From the NCBI GenBank assembly GCA_043228905.1, contig JBHGNT010000008.1:3038001-3102000 (forward strand): DNA of 64,000 bases, in the 5' to 3' direction. The position numbers were made by a program, and so were the translations under genes. This DNA is from Azolla caroliniana (taxonomy: Eukaryota; Plantae; Polypodiophyta). The notes below the pieces were generated by a model. It saw only the letters and a program-made list of their open reading frames with translations, had not been told where the DNA came from and ran no database searches. Positions 55,201-64,000 of this stretch are shown piece by piece; the stretch's first letter is position 1; each line of letters begins with the position of its first letter.

Positions 55201-57467
55201 CATGCAGACCCATGGAATCGACTACGATGAAACCTTCACTCCGGTAGCGAAGATGACGACGGTTCGTGTGATGCTAGCGGTTGTTGCGGCAAGGGGGTGG
55301 CATCTTCACCAAATGAACGTGAAGAATATTTCTACATGATCTAGCCCCCCAGATTTCAGTCGGAGATGAACAAGTCGGCAGTGTGCCGACTCAAGAGGTC
55401 GCTTTACGGCCTGACGCAAGCCCCATGTGCTTGGAATTCGAAGATTATGCACCAGTTGTGTAAGATGGGGTTTGCGGCCTCCAAGTTAGACTCTTCGTTC
55501 TTCATTCGGAAAGGTCTAGACGGTCCAGTATGTATCTTGTTATATGTAGATGATCTAGTCATCATTGAACCTGGCCTCATTCGGAAGTCCCAATTGTTGG
55601 ACGTTGTTGAAATGAAGGACCTGGGGAACCTTCATTACTTCCTCGGGATTGAAGTGATCCATACCCCCGACGGCATATTGTTATCTCATCGACATTATGT
55701 GCTTAAATGTTGTACAAGTTTGACATGACGGATTGTCGACCAGTCTCCACACCCCTAGACCAGAACCTGAAGCTTCGTCCCGACTCCGGATTGGCTTGTG
55801 ATGAGAAACGGTTCCAAAAAATTGTTGAAAGCCTTATTTATTTGACGATCACCCGACCCGGCATTAACTATTTGGTCGGAGCAATAAGTTAGTTCATGCA
55901 GAAGCCGACTATGCAGCACCTTCAATGCGCGCACCGAATACTAAGGTATGTTAGCAACACTAAGGACCAGGGACTGTTATATGGACACGGTATAACTGAG
56001 AAGCTAGTCGGATATATAGACACCGATTGGACCGGAGATGCGTCGGATTGACAGTCTACTTCCGAATTCATGTTCTCTCTGGGTAGCGCGGTTGTTGCGT
56101 GGAGCAGGAAAAAGAAGCCAACTGTGGCTCTTTTCGAGCACTGAGGCTGAATATTGGGGCGCTAACGTTGCCACATGCGAAGCCATATGGCTTCGGCGGC
56201 TGTTGCAAGACCTTTGGATCAAAGTCCCGACTCTGATCCCAATCTACTGCGACAACATGAGAAGCATGTAGCTAGCCAAGAAACCTATGTTCCATGCTCG
56301 GACGAAGCACATAGCAGTGCATTATCACTTTGTGCACAAGCAGGTCCTCAACGGTGAAGTACAACTCCGGTATGTCCGGATGGATTGGCAAGTTGCCGAC
56401 ATCTTTACCAAAACTCTCGGCCTGGATAAGTTGCAACATTTTTCGGAGATGCTTGGTCTTCAACATCTCGACATGCCACATTTGAGGGGGAGAACCAGGA
56501 CTAATACGGGGAGAACCGGAACGGAAACTGGGAAAACATGTGATGGCACCAGACAAAGAGTCAGAGAGATAAGGGGAGACAAGAAGAAGAAAAAGGAAGC
56601 CAAGTCGACAGAAGAAGTCGGCACATCCGATAAAGTCGGAACAAGTGGTGACGGCGGAAGAGTCAAGAAGGACAGAGCCGACCGGAAGGCCAAGCCTCGG
56701 ACGTGGTCTATGTGGTAAAAGGCCTGAAGATTGAAGACGAATTGGAGACAACCAATTCGGACAAGAGTTGGAACGAATAGGATGCACCCGATTCGGAGAA
56801 GCCGAATCAACTAAAGGCCAAATGGACAAGGAGGTAGTGGAAGTCGACACTGACACGGAGGAACCGACGGGTCGAGACACACCAGAGTTGCGACATCAAA
56901 GGAGCTGAGATGGGTCTTATGAACAGACAAACCGACCGAGAAGGTCGAGGTGCGCGGGACCAGATGGGTCGTGGAAAACGGAACTGGATGGGTCAAGGAG
57001 TGTCAGCAAGGCAGAAAGACGCTAGGGAGAGCCGGAGGAGAGGACCGGCTACCACAGACACTAACATTGCGATCTGACCTCAAGTTGAGCTTGAGGGGAG
57101 TATTGAGCGGACAAGCTCAACCAGATCCAGGTCGGTTGAATAAGCCAGAGCCGAATCGGTATCCCGAACACAGAACTAAATAGGTATGCGGATCAGTATC
57201 CGAAACCAAGAGATGGATCGGATTGTAGCCGGTAGGCTGTTGGAGGTCTACAATCTTAGCCTAGTACAATCGCGCGTATGATCATTGAAGTACTTGTCAA
57301 TCCTTTTAAGGACTTGTATAAAAAGTGTTCTATAGGACATTCTATATATAGAGTGTTGTTATTTTGAATTGAGTTTATGTTGTCTGCTCTCTTTGTCTCT
57401 CCTGTGTATCCTAAGCTTCCATTGAACCTTCTTTCTCTATTTTCTATTGTTGACCGAATAAACCGGT
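52288..57467 (+). mobile_element. Ty1/copia retrotransposon, degenerate, lacking 5' LTR and PBS; 3' LTR from ~57101
   Basis: gag KLDRSNYAFW, knuckle CWYCGRKGH; protease WYIDSRASNH; LWHKWIGH; integrase IHSDVWG, PEQNGVSERKN; [23 protein letters not shown]; RNase H SSTEAEY, HARTKHI, ADIFTK; PPT TTGAGGGGAG at 57091-57100. Confidence 0.93.
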
Positions 57468-59896
57468 TTGTCAATGCTTCTGCATATTAACTTTGACATG
57501 AGGGATATTGTAGCCACTTATTATGAGTCTTTGTTATTAGTAGATATTCCAAGTGTTGAAATTCTACAGATGCGCCAGAAAGTATGGACTGCTACTTCGG
57601 TTAAGGTAACATCTTGGATATCTCATCAACTTCTCCGTCCATTTTTCTCCTTTGAAATATTACAAGCTATCAACAGGGTTGGGTCAAATGAGTGCCCGGG
57701 AATAGATGGAATGGGGAGAGATTTTTTCATTACATATTGCGATTTGATTGTTGATTATTTACTTGCAACATTTCATGATTTAATGTTCAATACATGTATT
57801 ATGCCACAAATGTGGAAAAGAGGGATTGATATGCCTCATTCTGAAAGGTGATGTAGTTACGGATGAGGTTAAGGGTTGGATTACTCTATTGAATATAATT
57901 TACAAAATTTATGCTAAGTTATTGGCTTTGAGATTACAACCCTTTCTTTCGGATATTGTGCATGAATCTCAAATGGGATTTATGCAAGAATATCGTATTT
58001 TTTATAAGGTTTTTTTATTTTGGGAATTAACAGGGATTGCAATGAAGAATAAGGAAGATCTTGCAATCCTTTTATTAGATTTTGAAAAGGCATATGACCG
58101 AGTTGATTGGGACTTCATGGAAGATTAATTTTTGAGATTAGGTTTTCCTGTCCAATGGATTAGGGTTGTAGCTTCTTTGTATCGTGAGGCCTTTAGTTTA
58201 GTGTTGGTAGTCGGTCGGCAAACTAGAAAATTCTTTATTTCACGTTCTGTACGTCAAAGTTGTCCATTGGCCCCCTTCATGTTTTTGCTAGTAATGGAAA
58301 CATTTTCAATGTATTTAAATTCTTCTCAAGTTTCTCTTAAGGGTTTGCCTTTGCCCACAATGCAACAACAATTGTTGGATTCAGAATTCGCAGATGATAC
58401 TGCAATTTATGTCCAAGGTAATGATGATAATTTAAGAAAATTGCAAGTAGGAGTGGAATTGGAATAAATCTCTTGGTTTTTGGGTATCACAAAATTCGTT
58501 GCCTACTTGGATGCCTTCGAAGGAATTCAAATGGGTTCCTGATGGAACCACTACTCAATACTTAGGCTACCAAGTGGGACTTCATGTTAATGCAAATATG
58601 TTAGTTGCTCCTCTACTTGTAAAGCTAAGGAGAAAATTGTTGCTTTGGGATTCGGTTAATCTATCATTTGCAAGTCATGTACTTGTAGCTAACCAAGTTC
58701 TTCTAACAACTATTTGGTATATTGCTTCTACTACGTTTTTTGCTAGATCATGTATTGTGCAGGTGCAACGCCTCATTCCCAATAACATTTGGAGAGGAAA
58801 AACAGGTCAAGATAAAAGGCCTAAAGTAGCTTGGGCAGTATTGATTGCTCCACGACAAAATGGTGGGTTGGGGTTGGTGGATCCGGACTCACAATGTAAG
58901 GCTTTGCTTTCTAAGTTTGTGTATAGAGCTATGTTGCCAATGCAAGGTGTTTGGAGTCAGTTGATGATACATAGGTTGTCTACTATGTGTTCGACAATAG
59001 GTGGAATGTGGCAATCCTCATTAAGGTGGGCCTTTATTCAAAATTTTCATTTGTTAAAAACAATCTTATTAGAAGATAGATTTTTTAATGGAATTCTCAT
59101 AAGTTGGTCAGTTGTTAAAAAGTTTCTAGTTCGGAGGATACCTTTGACAATGGATGTCTTGTTGAGATAGCCTTTGACCTGGAATTTACTATTCTATGAT
59201 GCAAGGGGTTTTCTGCTTGGTAGCCGTCCTCGGCTGAATTGGGCTTTTTTGGATGCATCAATTGTAGGTAATGTTCTATCATGGGGATGATACGTTATGA
59301 ATCAACCATTACTGTAATCTTTGTTGATGTGTTTAGCTCAAGGAGGTGTTATTATGTGCAATGATATGCAAGTGGCATTGGGACAATTTATGGCTTCATG
59401 GTCCCCTTCTAGCAATCAGGTTTGGTTTGGTTATTTCACTCCTTTAAAAGTTATTTTGGGAGCTAAAGTAACTAACGGTGTCGTCGAGGTGATGCTATAT
59501 ACTTTAATGTCGATGATGATGGTAGGTTGTGGCATGTATTTTCTACATTAGATGTGTGAATGTTTGCCAATGTTTTGGCTATTCGAGTAGTTGCAAGATC
59601 TAGAAAAAAATGGTTCGTGGATCCACCCTTTCAAGAATGCTTGTTGTGTTGCTCATTGTGGGTTTTTCAAGAAAAGCCTCTTTACAATTTGGACTGGGAT
59701 CTGGCTTATTATCAATGGAAAAAGGCGGATGCTGGTGGAAATGGTAAACATTTGGAGTTTTCCAATATTCGGTTATGTTAGGTAGGAATTTGTTGTTACA
59801 ATCAAAGTATAAATGCCCTGCTACCATGAAGCATTGGACTGCAAATAATGTGCATGAATTGCAACTTACCAAATTTTGGAAATGGTTTTGTGGAGT

Positions 59897-60080
59897 ATGC
59901 AATTGCCGAAAAAAGTTATTTGTTGTTGGTTGTTGATACATTATGCTCTTCATGTTGGTGATTGGTTGAGGCAAAATCAGCAATATGCAATTGCCGAAAA
60001 AAGTTATTTGTTTTCATTGGCTGTTGATACATTATGCTCTTCATGTTGGTGATTGGTTGAGGCAAAATCAGCAATATGCT
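59897..60080 (+). repeat. ~88-bp tandem duplication inside LINE ORF2
   Basis: ATGCAATTGCCGAAAAAAGTTATTTG...GAGGCAAAATCAGCAAT twice. Confidence 0.9.
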
Positions 60081-60933
60081 TATGGAATGCATTGTGCTGC
60101 ATCTATAGAATCTATTTTGCATGTGTTTTGGTTATATCCCACGATCAAGCAATTTTGGAGTAAGTTGTTTTTATTGCTGAGAGAGCATTATTCTCATTAT
60201 ATTTTCTCGTGGGGTGTAGTATTATGGGGTGTCCTTCATAGAGATGTTATGAAGTATGAAAGTAAGCATGCTTCTCATGTCTTTCACTTTTCCCATGGAC
60301 ACCTCTATCTCACCTCATTTTCATTATCTATTCGATGGTTTAGAATTGAAAATCTAGTTATTTGGTGTAGTATTACATCATTGGCTCTTCGGATAATATG
60401 CAAAGCGATATGTGATGTTGTTTTTAATAATGCTCACATACATCTCCGCACCATGCTTATTGAATTCTGGCTGTTATTTGTCCATACACTACGCGGTCAA
60501 TATGATGATCTGCAAGGTTCGGCTAATGTTATATGGCAACATCAAGTGACCTTTAAGAAACGATGGCAAGGGCTTCACTTATTTTCAAGTACAACTTCTT
60601 ATCTGAGCTAGAATTATGCCATAGCTTCTTTTTTGTTGCATAGTAGTTATTGCTCCACTTGTTTCTTATATGATATCATTTGTTTGATCAGATGTTGGTA
60701 GTAGCCTTTGTATCACAATAGAAGTGAGATGAAATATCTCCTTTTGTTTTCTCTATGTACATTTCTCAAGTGATATACTAAGGTGTATGTTTCTTTAAAA
60801 AAATATTTTTTTTAAAAACTATAACCGAAACATTTAAAAAAACTTGAACTAGAACCATTTAAGCCATTAAGTCTTTAAGTCACAGTTCGGTTTGGTTCGA
60901 ACCAACGGAATTGTTGCCGATTGCTATGTGATC

Positions 60934-61110
60934 CTAAGAAGTTGATATGATAGTTTTCTTAAACTCAACAACCCTTTCTTTGGCTATGATCTCAATAGGA
61001 AGTGATTTACTTTCAAGAAGAGGGGTCACGTATAACGTTTGTGGCTTAACTTGAAGAAACTTCATAAGAAAGTTCCAAGTAGACTTAGGAATGTTGCAAC
61101 TATATATTAG
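60934..61110 (-). mobile_element. Short RTE-like LINE fragment
   Basis: CNIPKSTW...FLQVKPQTLY..LLE..LPIE aligns by eye with the NIS..W..FL..LGVKSSTPY..L...PI segment at ~48.5 kb. Confidence 0.45.
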
Positions 61111-62899
61111 TGTTACTATAGTGTTAAGGATGTATTTTTGCATGACCTAATATTTAATTACTCCACCGTTACATATATTCTTCAATCATATTTGGTTGAG
61201 ATTACCGAAACTTCGGTATTCTCAACCAAGTATTCGACGTATGAATGGATTCGTCTTGAATGGTTGAGCCCTCATAAAAAATCATTCCTCAATCAATATG
61301 AGTAATGGATCTATACCTAGCAAAAAAATCCTAATAAATTGAAGCATAAGGTCTTCTTTGTTTTTTCTAAGTAATGAATACCATATTCATTCCATCTATG
61401 ATTAGATTAAACATCAAGCCTAAGATATTTGAAGAGTTCTACATTTTCAAGCGGCTCAATATTGTACATAATGTAGGGTTTATCCTTTTGAGTGTCACAA
61501 ACATAACTTCATGTTGAACTTATGACTTAAGCAACTCATCCTTTTCTTTTTTAAATAATTCCTATAATTAAGAAGCTAATTAATTCTAATGTGCGTCTTA
61601 ATCATTCAACCTATACAATCTGCCTTAATTGTTCAACCTACTAGTTAACAATGTATAAAAGCACACGAGTAAATTGTCATAAGCATATATTAGGAGCTAA
61701 TATCACCATACATAGGCTAATGCGTGATCACCAAATTGCATGATTGCAAGAATACCAAGTTGTGATCATGCATGGTTATGAGGTGGGGTGCATACATGTG
61801 AACCATGTTATATAGGAAAGGGCTCTACTCATTGATGAACTATTCCCATTCAACATTATTCTTCGGCATATTCTTGTAATATTATTTTTCTTGTTAATAT
61901 ACATACATTCGTATCTTATTTTCCTCTTCGTTTGTTAAACTATTCCTTCATTTAATCTTGTTCTTAATTGCAACGTTGATAGTTTGAAGCGAGATTACCC
62001 TTCTTTATTCATTTTTTGGCAAGGAACTTCTCACCCTCTCTCCCTATAGTGATTGCATATATCTGTGTATTCATACTAATCTAGAATAGTTAACAACCAA
62101 GTTCATGGCCCTAGAGCAAGAGAATTTGAGGATTCTTAGGGATTTACAACAAGTGAATACTTAGAGTTAGTATTATGGATTTCGTTTTAGGTCCAAGTTT
62201 TATTATTATAAAAAGATACTTCCCATTAGTTAGGTAGAGTCTTTACACTCCAATATGTACAACAGAAATGAGGTCCAAGTTGGAAGTGCTAATTTATCAT
62301 ATAAAAATAAATGAGAAAAGATAATTATCCTAGGTTTTGAGGAAACCTAGCATGGTGAGCACACGTAGGCACATATATGGGGGTCAAGGGGTATTTAGCT
62401 TAAAATATAATTATGAGACTAACTACCTCATTTTATCATCTCCTTAGTGAAACTCGTAGACTTTGGTGGTTTGTCAAAGTTCTTCTTTCAAGGCACATAT
62501 CATCTAATCTAGATTCTAATCCAAGGTGGAGAAGAAAAGAAGACAAAGAAAACAATATCTATGTGTCAAGGAGAATAAAAGACCAATGTAGCTCAAAAGT
62601 TCTCTAAAGGAGGGTTGAAACGTGAGGTATAAATTCATACAAATTAATACAATTGTTTCCATTGAGAATGTTTTATGTGAAGTATTGAGCCATGAGTTAA
62701 TAGTTTAATACACATAAAAAGAACTTTATTTAAGGATACATTGTGGTCTATTAATGGAAATGATTTAATATACCGTGAAATTCATAAGTTCGAGACATAG
62801 CTTGGCAAAATCAAAACTTATGAACCATCTTTTGCCCCCTCCATCGTCACTTGTGGATTGCATCTTGGTGCTTACATGGAACACACACTTCACAACATA

Positions 62900-64000
62900 T
62901 TTGGTGGACTAAAGGTGGACAAAACGGGTCCTAGATGGAGGCATCACAAATGATGGATGTAGTCTTGGCAACATACAACTTAAGAGGAGTTACAAATAAA
63001 AAATCCAAGATATTTCTCCTAGTGAAGTTTAACAATACTTTATACAATTTTGAGGATTATTGATTCATGTGCATTTAATAATGCAAATTTATCCCACCCA
63101 ATATCCAACTAATGCAACATGAGTAGGGTTCATTGGTTGGGGCTCTATTGACTAGTACAACACTATCTTGGTTGGATATTTCAAGGAATTTTGATGAGTT
63201 TATAAAGGAATGTTAAGCTTGTTTTGGAGATATGCATAGCTTAAGAATCGTTGTTAGAAGATTCAAAGGTTAGGGCAAGGAGCACACCTAACCTCAGCCC
63301 TTGGGACGAAGATTTTAATGGACCAATTTAGGCAAGGACTTCATAACAACATGAAAAAACTACACTCACATTTCACGAAGATCCTAAATCACCTATAGAG
63401 GTGATCAATTGAATCGTTTGATGTGACAACCATATATTTGGGCAGTGTTCCGCATATTGGCAATTGTCTTGTCCTAGATCCCAAGCAAGAGGGTAGTTAG
63501 TGATAGCACATTCATCAAAAAATCTCCTTTTGTAGTCGATCACTTAATAAGAGAGATTGAGAATCTTGAGAGGAATCATGGGAGAGGCATATAAAAACCA
63601 ATCAACGTATCTCGTTAAGTTGGAGAGTTGTATACCATCCATTCGAATGTGGTGGAACTCTATTCAACAACCTGAGGACAAGCAACATTATCGTCATCAA
63701 GAACTATGGAAGCCCCTATCATTATTTCAATAGGTGGCCTCACACCAATGCAAATCGATGCAACATGTCATCGAGAACCTTGACAAGGGTAAAAAGCAAT
63801 GGCATTGAGCAGACCATCTACGTCTACATCAAGAACCATGGAAACACCTAACCTTACTCTAGTACATGACCACAATCCAATGGAGATCGATGCAACATCT
63901 CATTGAGGACCTTGACGAAAGGTAAAAAGCAATTACATTGAGCAAACCGTCTATGTCTACATTGTGTTTGTCTAGGACACAACGATAAATTATCCTCATC
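62900..64000 (+). mobile_element. Decayed Ty3/gypsy gag, runs off the window end
   Basis: FDEFIKEC.ACFGD, RLGQG, ILMDQFRQGL, PMEIDAT, ANRLCLHCVCLGH; the PM(E/Q)IDAT segment is duplicated (63745 and 63878); many stops. Confidence 0.7.

Larger units (their letters stand above)
49906..60815 (+). mobile_element. Near full-length degenerate L1-like LINE (ORF1 ~50151-51323; ORF2 ~51580-52287 plus 57468-60611)
   Basis: ORF1 with decayed knuckle CFSCKKIGYLAKD; endonuclease SWNLQG, LCFQE, DWN, SDH; RT PGIDG, LLDFEKAYDRVDW, FADD, YLG, GGLGL; HC..ESILHVFW; candidate 17-bp TSD AAACTA(A/T)AACCGAAACA at 49889-49905 and 60816-60832. Confidence 0.85.

Noticed and set aside
52287-57466. Helitron-style capture of the Copia (A|TC...CCGG|T)
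   Set aside because: The 3' end is not CTRR, I see no convincing subterminal hairpin, and the insert is entirely Copia sequence

Overview
Eukaryotic land-plant genomic DNA with spliceosomal GT-AG introns, an AT-rich background and many microsatellites. A PLS-E PPR gene and the LINE/LTR types suggest a fern or other seed-free plant, but that is inference. Host genes: an A20/AN1 zinc-finger stress-associated protein, a small Cys-rich N-terminus ORF, a 3-exon GalT-like ADP-glucose phosphorylase, a PLS-E PPR protein, a 3-exon glycine-cleavage T protein and a 3-exon U-box/ARM E3 ligase. Two large transposon nests fill much of the rest. Nest 1 (17.5-31 kb): a foldback element abuts a 5'-truncated LINE with an 18-bp TSD. 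The LINE is split by an 8.6-kb TIR element (37-bp TIRs, 4-bp TSD TACG) carrying an array of ~55-bp palindromes at ~150-160-bp spacing. That element in turn holds a very young, compact, GC-rich Ty3/gypsy with a 4-bp TSD. Nest 2 (49.9-60.8 kb): a degenerate full-length LINE with a Copia copy, lacking its 5' LTR and any TSD, inserted cleanly at a codon boundary. The best candidate for something undescribed is the TIR element with its palindrome array. All coordinates were read by eye and no searches were run.
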